DNA from: Entomortierella parvispora E1425
Taxonomy: Eukaryota; Fungi; Mortierellomycota
Direction of reading: 5' to 3'
Assembly: GCA_020891255.1 (NCBI GenBank)
Contig: BQFW01000013.1
Coordinates: 1,922,001 to 1,986,000 of the forward strand
Length of the DNA stretch: 64,000 nt
Below, in pieces: positions 13,610 to 26,617 of this stretch. Position numbers and translations under genes: made by a program. The number at the start of each line of letters is the position of its first letter. Positions within the stretch are counted from its first letter, which is position 1. Under the pieces are notes generated by a model. It did no database searches and was not told the DNA's origin. It saw only the letters and a program-made list of their open reading frames with translations.

Positions 13610-14155
13610 ATGCAGTCCACATCACATCTTCCTGAGCACTACTCCACACAACTGCCTCTTCTTCAACTGCCCCTCGACTACAACACGTTGGACAGTTCCT
13701 TTGCTTTCCCCGCTTTCGACCCCAGTAATGTGGCCCAGCTTCTGTCCTATTCTCCTTACGATTCCCTTGACGGCCTTGATATGCAAGGCTTACCCAGTTT
13801 GATGTCCCCCGACTCGTCCCTTCAGGATCTGCCAGATTCGATCGACGGTCGCGAGGACGACGATGAAGATGACGACTTGGATGAATACGACCTTTTCAAC
13901 ACCAACTTGCAACAAAGTGTCCAGTCGTATCTCAACAATCAACAAAGTGATAAACAAACAGCTCCCTTGCAATTCCAACAGACTCAAACAGGCTCGTTGC
14001 CACAACCTTCCATATATGGTAACTTTGCATCCATCGCTGACCTTCAGCAATTTTACGCCGCTCAGGCCTTTGGTCCTTCAGGTCTTCAAGCCACTACACA
14101 ATCATCACAACAACAGCAACAACAGCAACAACAACAGCAACAACAACAGCAACAA

Positions 14156-14190
<35 letters not shown>

Positions 14191-15205
14191 ACAGCAACAG
14201 CAACAGCAACAACAGCAACAGCAACAGCAACAGCAACACCAGCAGATACAGCAGCAGATGCAGGTTCAACAGTCATATGGTCAGGTTAAATACATGTCTT
14301 GTGGGCCACAAAGCGTGACATGTCTGCCACTAGCAGACCCTTCCATCACCCATTTTCCCGGCCAGTTTGAGTACTACCTTCAGCCTGTATCCCAGCCAGC
14401 ACCTCAACCAATGCTTCAGCAGACTGTCGTACCCATCCATCGGCCAACTCTTCAAAACACTGTTCCCGAGATTGGTATGATGATGTCTTCAGAGTTGGAC
14501 TCCCACCCGGCCCTTCTCTCTTCTGCCGCACCAACAATGATTCAATCCCAGACCCTCTCCTGGACACAAAGTGTACCCAACATGGATGACGGCGACAGCA
14601 ATAACAACTTCAACAATAACAGCAACTGCAGTAAGCGACAACAATCAGTATTACGGTCCGGTATGGGCCATTCCAGGGTCACTTCTTCCACTCTTTACGG
14701 TCGTCCCGAGTCTAACTGTCAAGCAACTGAGCCTAGTGCGAGTGTACGGAAACAAAGCGGGGGTTCCGCGGCGGAACTTCTCTCGATGGCCCACTCCACC
14801 GGTGTGACTGAAAAGGAAAAGACAGAGGACGCTCCTGCCACGCGCAAGCGCCGTGCTCGACAGATCAAGTTCAAGGTCAAGCCAAACTCGTTTGTGTGCG
14901 AATCGCCAGGGTGTGGCAAGGTCTTCTCCCGAGCCTACAACTTGACCTCGCACATGAAAACGCACTCTGAGGACCGGCCTTTCCTGTGCGATTCGTGCCC
15001 GCTTGCCTTTGCTCGCCGCCACGACCGCGAGCGACATGTGCGCCTGCACACTGGTGAGAAGCCATACAGTTGCCAGAGCTGTGGAAGTGGGTTCATGCGC
15101 AATGACGCGCTCCACCGGCACCAGCGTATCTGCGGCCAGTCCAATGCAGCCCTCATTGCGTTGCTGCAACAACAACAGCAGCAGCGACTATTTGAAAAAT
15201 TCTAG
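13610..15205 (+). CDS. C2H2 zinc-finger transcription factor with polyQ (three fingers, Crz1-like finger sequence)
   Basis: Single-exon ORF with probable ATG at 13610. Fingers: CESPGCGKVFSRAYNLTSHMKTH-SEDRPF-CDSCPLAFARRHDRERHVRLH-TGEKPY-CQSCGSGFMRNDALHRHQRIC. Confidence 0.9.
14108..14236 (+). repeat. CAA/CAG trinucleotide repeat encoding 43 Gln
   Basis: 129 nt of uninterrupted mixed CAA/CAG codons, in frame in the C2H2 ORF. Confidence 0.95.
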
Positions 15206-15618
15206 AAACAAATCTATTGTACATAGCATCCCGAATAAAAAATAAAAAATAAAAAATAAAATGAATCAGTCACGTGATGTAATGCGGGGAAGCCGGAAGA
15301 AGCTCTTTGTGCGACCCTGGTGTCCCCACCCACACCCGGCTTCTCCGGCAGCACCCGAGAAAAAAGGACTTTGTGCTCACTCCTTTTCTGTGCTCCCTTT
15401 GGTTTCGTGCGTTTTGTGTGTCCCAGCTGTTCGTACGCCGCCGTCGGTTCTTTCTCCTAGTGAAAGAAGGACAAGAGACAGAGAGAGAGGAATGAAAGAA
15501 GCAATCAACAGACACAAGGACAACTCGCCTTCTTCCTTCCATCTCTATACCCATTCCCTGATTGCATTCTTAGCTTCCTCTAACCCCTGCTTTCTGCTTG
15601 CTCTGAACCATTCGAGCC

Positions 15619-18600
15619 ATGTCCACAGGACCACCGGGCTCTCGTCCGCAACGTCTCTCTGCCTCCACTCCTCCTCCCTCCCCACCTCTTGCGGCCCTGG
15701 CCGTGGCCAAGACTATGCAACCACTCCACCGGAGCACCGACCCTCCATCGTCCCTGCAGGAGCACCATCGGGACCTTGAACAGGATCACCGTCGCCATTC
15801 GTCCGAACCTTCGGAACCTGCTTCAAAGTCGACCAACGACGATAAAGGAAGCACTCAGACATTGAAGGGTCTCCAGCCTCCATCCCCACCACTAGGAGAC
15901 GCTGGCCCCACAGCCACGGCGGCTGCAGCGGCAGCGGCAGCGTCGTACACGATGCAGGAACTGGCTATTGCGTACTCGATGGTCACGTCGACTCGCCAGC
16001 AGCAGCAGCAGGAGCAGCAGCGGCGGCAGGAGAATCAGCAAAAAAAGAGCGATAGCGACGAGGGCAAGGACAAGGAAGCCGAGGAGGAGTCTCGCTCCAC
16101 CCATGAAGGTATGTATATACGAACTTTATGATATGTCTGATAGGGCATCTTCTTGCATTTGAACACTTGTCCACGTTCACACTGCACACCTGCACACCTG
16201 CACATTTCACACCTTGTTCCGTTCTGGGCGTTCTTCTCTCTTTATTTGAGCTTTTCTTATCTTCTTTGTCTGTCTACCATTCCCAACCTCTCCACCCTCT
16301 CACTTTACTTCACTTTATCCCATGGATCCGTCCTCCGGAGAGGACAATGCTGCTGCTCATGCCGCTGCCCTTGCCCTCGTCCACCATCGTCGCCACTCCC
16401 CGCCCCCTCCTCCTTCCGACCAGCACTCGGACCACCAGCATCGTCCACAGCAACCGCTTTACCGACAACACCCTCACGACCATGACCACAACGACAATCA
16501 CAACCACAACCACGACGGTGCTCTCTTTGATGAGGATTCATCCAGAATGGACGACCCCAATCTCCACCCTGGCAGCAGAGAGCAAGGACATGGCCGCACC
16601 CAGCAGCAGCATGCCCAGATCCATCCCCCTTCCTTTCCTTCACGCGATCCTTCACGCTCGTCTGCATCTATGTCGCATCATCCTAACGCCATCAACCGCT
16701 ACCCTTTTTCGATTCCTTCCGTTTCAGCCAAACTGGATCAGCCCCACCATGCCGATGGTAGCGACGCCCTGTCCTCGCTCTGGAAGGTATACTGGTGAAA
16801 ACGATCCTCTAGGGCCCCGCCGCATAGTCAGTCATGTTAGAACCGAGCACTAATAGTCCCCTTTCTTCTCTTTCACAGAAGACGACGCCGTTGCAGGAGC
16901 CTTACTTTCAAACGCGGCACACCATTGCTTCACAACACACTCTGTCGACCCTTGGAGGAGGTACATGGCCTGCTTTACAGACTTGTTTTCGTCGTCCTCA
17001 CATTAACTGGAGGTTCACACCGGAGATGGATTTTGCATCCGAGTGAATGATAATCTAACCTTTTGTTTTTGTGTGCGTTTTTGCGTCTAGTTCTCTTTTC
17101 CTTGGACGAAGTGCCTTTGGAGTTCAACCAGGATATGTACATCGCAATGAGGAACCGTATCTTTGAGCTGGAGGCAAAATCTGTCAACTACTCTCCATTT
17201 TCTCACTCTCGGAAACGATCAATGGACAGAGCAGGCATTGAGGAAACCGTAGACCGCTTTGGAGGATATGATCGCCGTTATGAGCCAGGACATTACGCAA
17301 AGCGACCCATGCATAGTTATCGTATGGATCCTCGTGGCCCCCCTGTGAGATCATCTGCACCTTCGGATGACGAACATTTTCCTGGACCACCCCGTCATCA
17401 TCATCCTGGCTTGTCCTCCTATCCGTCATGGTACACACCAGAGGTCTACACAGGCGGTTCTCGAGCCGCTTACGCTCTTGATAGATATCCTGTAGACAGG
17501 GAATTTGATTATCCTTCAATAGACCCACGGACCGGTCATGAATTGCAACATCCATCCTCGCATCCTGGATCGCCCCACTCTAATTACCCACCTATGCGAT
17601 CAGCTCGGTCACCACCGCCACAAGCAGGACATCCTCATCCTCACAGTCGCCAGCAAGGGCCAGGAGCCACGGAAGAAAGATATGCCATGGATGAGAGGTT
17701 ACATGTGCCTCCTTCCGCCGCCGACAGTGCTCATTCGTCTAATAGTCACCACCCTCACCCGTTGGCGCACCGTCCATCGAACCAAGGAGCACCAGCTCGA
17801 GGAGGACCCATGCACCCTGGCCAGCATCCACAGAAACAACCGTCCGGTGCTCCCTCTCAGACGTACCCTCATCCGAGCCAAGGCCATGCACACCCGCATC
17901 CCCAGTCTCAGCCTCAACCAGGACCTCAGTCCATTGCACCCCGACCTTTGCTCCCTAATGGCAATTCTTCAGCGGCATTAACAGAGCAACAACAGCGTCA
18001 GTCCATCCACCAGCAGAGACATCGCGCTCAGCAGCAGGCCCAATCGGCTCATTCCCGGTCGTATCATTTACACAAACATATGCGCATGCTTGATCAACAA
18101 CGCGCAGCACAGCTGGCAGCAAAGCAGCAGCACTTTCAGCAACAGCAGCATGAGCAACAGCAACAACACCAGCAGCAACAGCATATCCAAAAGCAACAGC
18201 AGCTGCAACTCAAACAGCATCCACAAAATGGTACCCATGGTTTCCGAGCTATCCAGCGGCATTACCAACCTCATCAGCAAATGTACCCAGTCCACCAACA
18301 GCCCATCCCCATCAAGCCTCATCCAGGACCACAGCAGGCTCAAACTCTGCGACCAGGGCAACAGCCTCAAGGGCAGCTTTCCCAACAACAGCTGATGATG
18401 CAAAGGTACCAGCAGCACCGTCAACTACAACAAAAACAGTTGCAGTTACGACAACTGCAATATCTGAGAAACAAGTCTTCTGCTCAATACCCCACCCAAG
18501 CCAATTCGTCCCCGTCGGCCTTGGCAGCAGCGGCGGCGGCGTCTTCCACCCCAGGTTCCCACTCGCCCACACCACCCCGTGTCTTTGGATCGCAAGTGGA

Positions 18601-19758
18601 TCAACCCATCAAAAAGTCAACACGACCATTGGAATGTGCAAACTGTATGTCTTTGGATTCATTGTCATGGAAACCAAAGTCAGACTCGACTGGCAAGGCG
18701 ACAGACCATGAACCGACGGTAGAAGAAAGGAGCACGATTCTTTGCCCAGCTTGCACACAGTACCTGCAAACCCATGGAAAGCCTCGACCTGTACCGCCTT
18801 TCCGGACAAACTTTTTGAAAAAGATCCATACGCGGTTCAAGCGGGAACTTCAAGAAGTTCGGTTCCAGGGATGGCAGGATGCACAGGTGCTCGAGATTGA
18901 GGACAGGATGGACGAAAGAGAGTTTCAGATGGTGTTCAATGGACTCGACGAAGCAGATGCCGCTGTCTTGCAACGTCCAGCTGCTTCAACAACAACGGCG
19001 GCCGCGGCAGACGCCTCGTCATTACCAGCCACCTCTCCACCCTCGTCGTCATCACCCAAGGCTGCTGGCAGCCCTCACCCTGCTTCTGACAAGGCATCAG
19101 ACACTACTTTAACGGCTCCCGGGCCCGCCAAAGTCAGTATCCCTGAGGACCTTGTCATCAAAATTGAGGATGACGATGATGACGGCGTTCTACCTAAAAG
19201 CGACCCCAAGAACGATGACTTAGATATCCGGACATACCAGAGCGAGGCCTCTGTGGGCGAATTGTTTGGCCACAGATGGAGAACCGAGCCCGTTGTCGGA
19301 TATACGTTGGTGCACTTTGGGGGATCAGACCGCACTCGAATGGTGCCAATGAACCCAACGGTACCTTCATTAAGTATGTGCCTCTTTATTTACCCTCCAT
19401 GCGGTATATCGGTAGTTTCACCCTCCTTGATTATTTTGCTAACCAACACACCTTTTTCTTCTTTGTCACAATAGCTGTAACCTTTAATCGCACCGCAGAG
19501 TCCATTACATTTGCCTTCAGGGTTCTCGTTAATGGACTGTGTCTATTGTCGACAGGCGGCGGTCCCCCCGCTCTCCATATGCCCGAAACAGTAGATGACG
19601 AAGATGAGGAAGAGGAGGAGGAAGAGGTGGTCGTCATTCCAGACAATGACAAGGAAGGAGCCAGTGCCTCTCCCGTTCCTGACACAAAGACACCTGATCA
19701 ACCTGACTCTGTAAAGCAGACCAAATCCTCCCTACCGGAATCATCTGGAGCAGAATAA
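15619..19758 (+). CDS. Gln/His/Pro-rich protein with atypical GATA-like zinc finger (approx. 5 exons)
   Basis: ORFs 15619-16131, 16322-16798, 16879-16960, 17063-19474 and 19474-19758 can be joined by GT-AG introns in consistent phase; the first junction needs a GAG acceptor and is uncertain. Contains CANC-X32-CPAC followed by YLQTHGKPRP. Confidence 0.7.
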
Positions 19759-19810
19759 CATTCCTTTGTAATATCCTTTTAATGTATAATAGAAAGAAAG
19801 AAAAAACCAT

Positions 19811-20037
19811 CTAGACTTTGACACGTTTGGCCAACTTCTTGTCGGGCACAGAGGGAGGTCCCATCGACCCTGCTGCCTCCACATTTGAACTGGATGCTGT
19901 GGCAGCCTCTACGCGGCGAGCGACCGGTGGATGTTTTGGGGCAGTGCGTTGATTTTGTGCATTACGCTAAAAAGAGTTGGAGAGAGAGCAGACACGAGTT
20001 GGTACGGGGTTTGTGGTTAACATTCTGGTTATTCATC

Positions 20038-20073
<36 letters not shown>

Positions 20074-23000
20074 AGAAAACTTACGTCAACAATAGAGATT
20101 CCATCCCTGAACCTGGCTCGGAACAGGACGTTGGCGTTGTTGAACATGCCCTCCTTCAATGAGACAACAATGAATTGCGAGCCCTTGAATCGCGTGCGGA
20201 GAAGCTGACCAATATTTTGTGTGTGAGACAGATCTAGGGCTGCGTCCACCTCATCCAAAATGTACATGGGCGCCGGCTTGAATTGCAGCAAAGAGAGAAT
20301 CAAGGAGAGGGCGATCAAGGAGCGTTGACCACCACTCAGCTCTGTCAAACTTGCCTTCCACACACCTCCCAAACAGACCTTGACTTCCAATCCGCCTGTG
20401 ACACCTTGTCCTTCAAGTGGCTGCAGTTTGGCGTTGTTGCCTGGCAAAAGATCACCAAAAATCGCCCCGAAATCGCCATTGACCTTGGAGTAGGTCCTCT
20501 CCAGTGCCTCGTTTTTGTAGTCATCTAGAGAGGCGATCGTATCTTCGATTTTGGTCTTGTCCCTCTGCACGGTAGCAAGCATTTGTTTCAATGATGCCTC
20601 TCGCTTTTCCTGGTTTTCCAACATGGTCATGACCTTGGGATTGACCTTGTTCTTCATCGCAGAATGCTTCTCATCCAATTGTTTGAGCTTCTTGCGACTC
20701 TCGGACGGATTTTGAGAATTAAAGTCGTAGGGTCCACCAGCTTGGCCAAATAGACTAGAATGATTGAGAAAAGTAAAACAGGTCAGTGTCGACAAAAAAA
20801 TCAAAAATGTTGTTTCCATCATATCTTGGAGCCCTTTCTTACTGTTTCTGGTCCTCGATCCAGTCGTGAGCATCTTCCAGGTCCTTCATGGCATTCGATA
20901 AGGACTGGTATTCCTTTGAAAGTCGTTCTGTCTCATGTGTCAAGTTTTGAAGCTCCAGCTGACTCTCGGCCACAGTCTTGGATTGTTGCTTAGAAAGTGC
21001 CTCCAATTCTTTCAGCTCCTCGTCATATGCTGAAAGCTGAGCCTTTTCACGTTCAAGCTCGGCTTGGGCCTTCTCAAGCGATGTTTCCAACACTGTGATT
21101 TCTGACTGAAGATCATTCTGGTCCTGTCGAAGTTTGGAGATCAAGGAATCGCTCTCTGTCAATTCTTGGTTTGCAGTCTTGAGATCCTTTTCCAATTGCT
21201 CTGTTGTATAGGTGAAAACAGAACCATCAATTAGTCAGTGTCATGTCACTCCTGACTGCAAACATCGTTGGTCTCCATTTCATTTCTATACCTAGCTCCA
21301 ACTGCAATGTTTGGAATTCGCGCTGCATAGCCTTCACCCGCGGGGCATTCTTGGTCATCTCTGCTTTAGCTTTCGCGTGTTTGACCTAAGATAAATACAA
21401 ATCGTCATGAGTATCGTACAATTCAATCATTCAGTGGCCTTAAAGAAAGTCACATTCACAATATGAAGGCGACAAACCAACTTACTGTCAACTCCTGGAG
21501 TTTACCGTCCTTGTTGTTTTTAAAGTCGTTCATCTCCCGCTCAATTTCCTCGCATCGCTTGGAGGCCTCTGATCTCTTAAGATGTCCCTCCTGAATGGCC
21601 AGTTTGAGTGCCTCAATATCCTTTTCCAGTTTTTCGGCGTGCTCGGTCAGTCGTACATGTTCACTCGCAGAGACCTGCTGCTCACATAAGCGAAGTTCAT
21701 GCATCTTGAGCTCCAACTTTTGTCGCAGTTCCGTGTAGGCGCGACCTTCCTGAGACAAGCTTGAGAGCTGTTCGTTTACATTCTGAAGATTTTTTCTGTG
21801 AATAGCCAACTGCTCCTTGAGTCCATGCATCTCCTGCAAACTCGTAAGGATTCCTCCTCCGGAAGGCCGAGATCCACCCTGAAGGGTTCCACTAGGATCG
21901 TATACATCGCCATCGAGGGTTACAGATTTCATCCGCACTTCCTGGTGAAAGGTCACACGCTTGGCAGATTCTGCATCCGCACAGATAAGTGTGTTTCCAA
22001 AGATGTACGCCATAGCAGTTTCCAGATGGTCCTCAAAGCCAATCAGACTCAAGGCAAGATTGACTTTACCGGGGGCCAATTTCTGTGCTGTAGCGATTTT
22101 CTTGTAACACAAACAGTAGAAAATTTTGTTAGTTAAAGAACACCTTAGTATAACACTCATAGCGATGACTAGTCACAAAAAAAAAATACCTGCGCATGTG
22201 CCCTAAAAGCCGAAATCTTGTTGAGCGGGATGATGGTCACTCTCTTTCTGAGTTTTCCATTCTGTAACAGTTGAGCTCCTACCACCTCATTATCGACGAC
22301 AACCTAATATAGTAAAGGGAGACAAAAGTTATAGTATTTAAGTCAATAATCAAAGAAGGTAAGTGCCACTCCAAGTCCAACAAAAAGCAAAGTAGTCTTA
22401 CATTGTACAGGCGACCACCAGCACAGATCTCAAGCGCAGTAGCAGCATTCGAGTTCTCAGCAGGCACTGTGAACAGCTCCGCGACGAGACCCTTAACTGT
22501 AGAGCGGTCGAAATTTGGAATGGGGTTGTAATATTGAAAGTCAAGGCCGGCCACCTTTCTGGACTTGTATTCGATTTGCTCCGAGATCTTTACAATAGCC
22601 TCCGACTCTGATGCCTTTTCAAGCAACAAAACACGTTCCTTCTCGGGGTCAAAGGTCTGTTTCTTCAAAGAGTCTTCCAATTGTTTCACCTGTCGCTTGG
22701 CTGTCTCAATTCCTGCGCTGAGGCTATGGCTCTGTTGTTGAGCCGCTGTTGCCTGCTTCTTTGTGTCGACCAATTCTGTCTCTAAATGCTTCATCTTGAG
22801 CTTCGATTGTTCAATCATGGTAGCGGCCTGGGCAACTGTAGCCTTCATCCTTTGAATCTGCTCCATGTAACCGTTCTCATGTCCCTCCTCTGCGGCAAGT
22901 CCTGTAGAAAGAGTTTGAATCAACTCTTCGTTCATTCGAACTTGCTCTTCCTGTGCATCATGCTTCCTCTTGAGGTCCATGTATGTCCCTTGAAGTGCTT

Positions 23001-24433
23001 GGACTTGAGCACGCTTTTCCTGCATGCTTTTATCGGTCTGTCATATTTATAAGAATACTAAGTTAGTTTCCGTTTTGTCTCTCTTATTCGACACCTATGC
23101 CAATACTTGCAGATAGTGTTGAAAATGGGTACCTCTTTTTGCGTTGAAAGCAGATTTGTTCTGTTCAGCGCTTCCTCCTCGGACTCTTTCCCTTTGAGGT
23201 CCCGCTGAGTCTTGACCTTGACTAGATTCTTTGACAACTCTTTCACACTGCTGTCGAGAGTCTGGAATCGACCTCCTTGTGTCATTTCCTTCAATCGGCT
23301 GGCTGTAATTTTCTCGATATCCTGGGAAATGTTGGAAATGGCCGATTGAAGTTGTTGAATCTGCGCTGTTTTGCGTTCCGTGAGGGACAGTTTCAAATCC
23401 AACTCAGCCTTTGACTTCGAATGCCGTTCCTAAAAATTGCATAGATTTCCAGAGGAATGCGTCAGTCGGCTGTACAGTAGACGGATCAAGTCAACGTCCA
23501 AGACCTCTCCTGAAATATTATCCGTTCCTAGTCTTACCTCGTAACGAGAATAATCAAAAGATATGACAATTCTAGAAAGGCGTTCAATTTCGGTCTGTGT
23601 TTTTTGAAACTCAAGGTAGGCTCGCTTCTCGCTCCTGAGCTTGTCCAGCTTCGGTACGATTTCCTCTGAAAGCAGTTGGGTGATTTCACCCACTTTTTTC
23701 TCTTTCTTGGCAATCGTCTTCAGGGCCTTTTCCTTTCTCTCTTCGAACATGCGTGTTCCAGCAGCCTCTTCGATCATTGATAGAATCTCTGGGGGCTTCA
23801 TGTTGAGGACTTTGGTGATTCTTCCTTGCATGATCAGAAAGTGGGGGTTGTTGATATTGAGTTGCACAGACTGGAAGAGTGTCTGGACGACCTGTTGTTG
23901 TGCTGTATGTCCATTAACAAGGAATTTGCTCCGCCCTCCAATCAAGATCTGTTGACAAGAGTGTTAGCATTTGCGGTAAATTCCTCGGGAGAAAAAAAAA
24001 CACTCGGCAAACAGTACTATACCTGACGAGTAATGGTGATCTGCTTGCTGCTTTCAAATCCAACTGGACTTTGCTCCCGATCCTGATTGTTGAAAACCAC
24101 TGTCACAGATGCCTTGGTCACACCTGCTTGGCCACGTTTGTAAATCAGGTCCTGGATACTGCTTGCTCGAACCTGAATAGAAACAAACGCGTAACATTAA
24201 GTACAACACTACAAGAACAAACAGCCCTCACACATACGCCAGCTTAAGCCATTGTTTCTCATTACCTGCGACCAATTGGTGATTCCCAGAACAAAGCAGA
24301 TGGCGTCTAGGATGTTTGATTTCCCGGAGCCATTGAGACCTGTGATGGCATTGAATTCTGGATCCCAGCCGGTGATGGACGTGCGAGTCGCATAACTCTT
24401 GAAGCCGTCAATGATGAGCTCCTCGATGCGCAT
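19811..24433 (-). CDS. SMC2: Condensin subunit SMC2, multi-exon
   Basis: N-terminus [14 protein letters not shown], Walker [40 protein letters not shown], hinge VKGLVAELF and [12 protein letters not shown], signature LSGGQRS, Walker [12 protein letters not shown]. The last exon follows a poly(T)-rich intron and ends at TAG 19811-19813. Confidence 0.97.
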
Positions 24434-24564
24434 TCCTGTATTCCTGCTGCGTCCTGATGAGTCCTTTGATGACAATGGTGAAGGCAAAAGCTAACAAAGG
24501 GGATGTTGTCAGCAATCAGCGCTGCAAGCGCGTTTGGGCACGTGACAGCTTTTTATTTCAAAAT

Positions 24565-25903
24565 TTATTTTTGGAGGTGCACCAGCGGACAGTTCGGCAA
24601 GTGGCCCCTGTGCGTCAAAAAGCTCCTGATGCGTTGTTGCCTCTCCAAGACTTGCTCGCAGCTTGCCTCAACCTCGGCGACCAGCGCCGATTCGGGTGGG
24701 CTGCGTTGCTGTGATTCCAACATCTCAATCCTCCGCCTTGCTTCTTCAATGGATTTTGCCCGCACCTGATAGCGCAGTAGGATGGGTAAAAGTTTCCAGA
24801 ACGTAAACTCGGGCCAGTAACAGTCAATGAACTCGACATGACAAGCGCGAGAGGTCTGCCAGCACATAAAGTCGCTCAAGCGAATCTCACCCGAGGTTCT
24901 GATCAAAATGTCCATTGGGGGACAAGATCTGGTATACAGGCTGCTTTCAAAAACTCCTGTTGTAATGTCACTAAGAGAGGGAAAAAAAGCTGTCGGTGTC
25001 AACAATGTAATAGAAATAGGACACTGCCCTTCGGAAATGAATGCGCCGTCTAGTACCTGAGATTAAGATCATTTGTCTTGATTCCTTCTACAAGAGACCG
25101 TGTCGCCATGGCCATTTCATCTCGGGATGTGTAAGGAAAACACATATTAAGAACCGCCCTGTTGTTGCATTTCGTCAGCTCCACTGCCCTCGCGACCACC
25201 TCCTGTACGTCTGGTGATAGCAATGAAACATCGCCGAGAACACGGATCGCAATTCCATATTGTCGAACAAGCTCACTATCGTAATGCAGAATTGTTCATC
25301 AGTCCCATTGCTTAGAGCCGAAGTTTACCGAATGGAGCGTAGAAGAGAGCGCCCAACGCCCAACGGTATTGCATGCGCGTAATGATCGCTCCGCCATCGA
25401 AACAGGGAGCCCGTTCCTCAGAAAATGGACACGTTTGTTTTTTTCATGTGCAAATCGACGCTTTCTTTTTGAACCTCAACCGACACTTGGCCTTTACTTG
25501 CCTGTTTTCGCAAAGCTCTGCAAGCTTGTCCTTGGCCAGTTGCATCAGAGTCTCAACCTGATCAGGTGGCCGCTTGAAGTTCTCAATGCTGAAAGCATAG
25601 ACTGTTACGACCTTGATGCCTAACTCCATGGACACGCCCAAGATCTACCCGCATTCGCAGACCGTATGACAGAAAAGAAAGTAAGGAATGTGTGCAAAGG
25701 ATGATGTTGACGGGCGGATCGAGACTAGGTTCCTGTAGACCTACCTCCTCCAGCGTTTCGTATCCGAGATAGTAGCCTTTTCCGTTGCCGACATGGACCT
25801 TGCGCCCATAGCGACGATTTCCATCCATAATAAAGCCAACATGCTGGGGCACGGTCCCACATTTCAATGCATTGATGACAATGCGCCGAGCTATTCCGGA
25901 CAT
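24565..25903 (-). CDS. RER2: cis-prenyltransferase (dehydrodolichyl diphosphate synthase, RER2/DHDDS family), multi-exon
   Basis: Motifs [28 protein letters not shown] and [19 protein letters not shown]. Confidence 0.92.
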
Positions 25904-26073
25904 TGGGGGAAGGATGGTCTATTCGTGCAGTAAAGAAGGTAAAGAGGGAATGTCGGGGGAGGTTCGGGAATGATGAGGAAGCAAAGGGGCCCAAAAAGCG
26001 AGTTGAACGTACGAATGGCGAAGACCCGCTGGCCCTTCATAAGTGTAAATTCAGTAGTAGGGCCGCCGTGACT

Positions 26074-26617
26074 GACTTTCCGATGTGCGTTCACCATCAA
26101 AATGCATCTCTTACGCATCCTCTCCAAAAAACGGCATTCTGAACACCACGTTTTCTCCGCTCCCGACAAACGTGAAATAAGCAACCATGGCGGCAACCAT
26201 ATTCACATTCTTTTGTCTTGTCAGTGGCGATCCACTCTCAGCAGCCTTCAATGTCGAAGTATCGTCGGATAAAACGATTATCACACTCAGAGAAGCCATC
26301 AAGAAGAGTCAAAAGGATGCACCTGAGTTCGGCATCCCCGCCAACAATTTAGTGCTTTGGCAAGCCACGATCCCCACCGACAAAAATGCGGGAAACCAGA
26401 GAATAATCGCGCTTGATGGTCTGGACGACAAGACGCAGCTTGACGACCCAAGAATAAGCCTTTCCGAGCTATTTCCCGAAGGCCTTGATGACAGCACATA
26501 CATCATTGTAGAGCGACCCAAAGGTACATTTTCCAGCCCTTTCTTGCTGACCGACTCACTTTTATCTGGTGATCAGTGTCATCGTATGCTGACAAGTACT
26601 CTGTCTTTAAAAACTAG
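26074..26617 (+). repeat. Direct repeat copy 1 of CRN promoter + header exon + intron 1 (copy 2 at 29691-30247)
   Basis: Near-identical sequence at offset 3630 in the coding part; identity ends at the AAAACTAG 3' splice site. Confidence 0.95.

Noticed and set aside
13610-15205. Calling the C2H2 gene CRZ1
   Set aside because: The fingers resemble Crz1, but no clear PxIxIT calcineurin-docking motif was found and orthology cannot be shown here.
15619-19758. Calling the GATA-like gene an Ams2 centromere factor to complete a segregation cluster
   Set aside because: No recognisable Ams2/SPT21 N-terminal domain; the similarity is limited to a degenerate finger.
20038-20069. Long poly(A)/poly(T) runs (also about 3691, 29629, 39452, 43622) as retroposon tails
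   Set aside because: No TSDs or shared upstream bodies were seen; they lie in introns or intergenic DNA and look like simple homopolymers.
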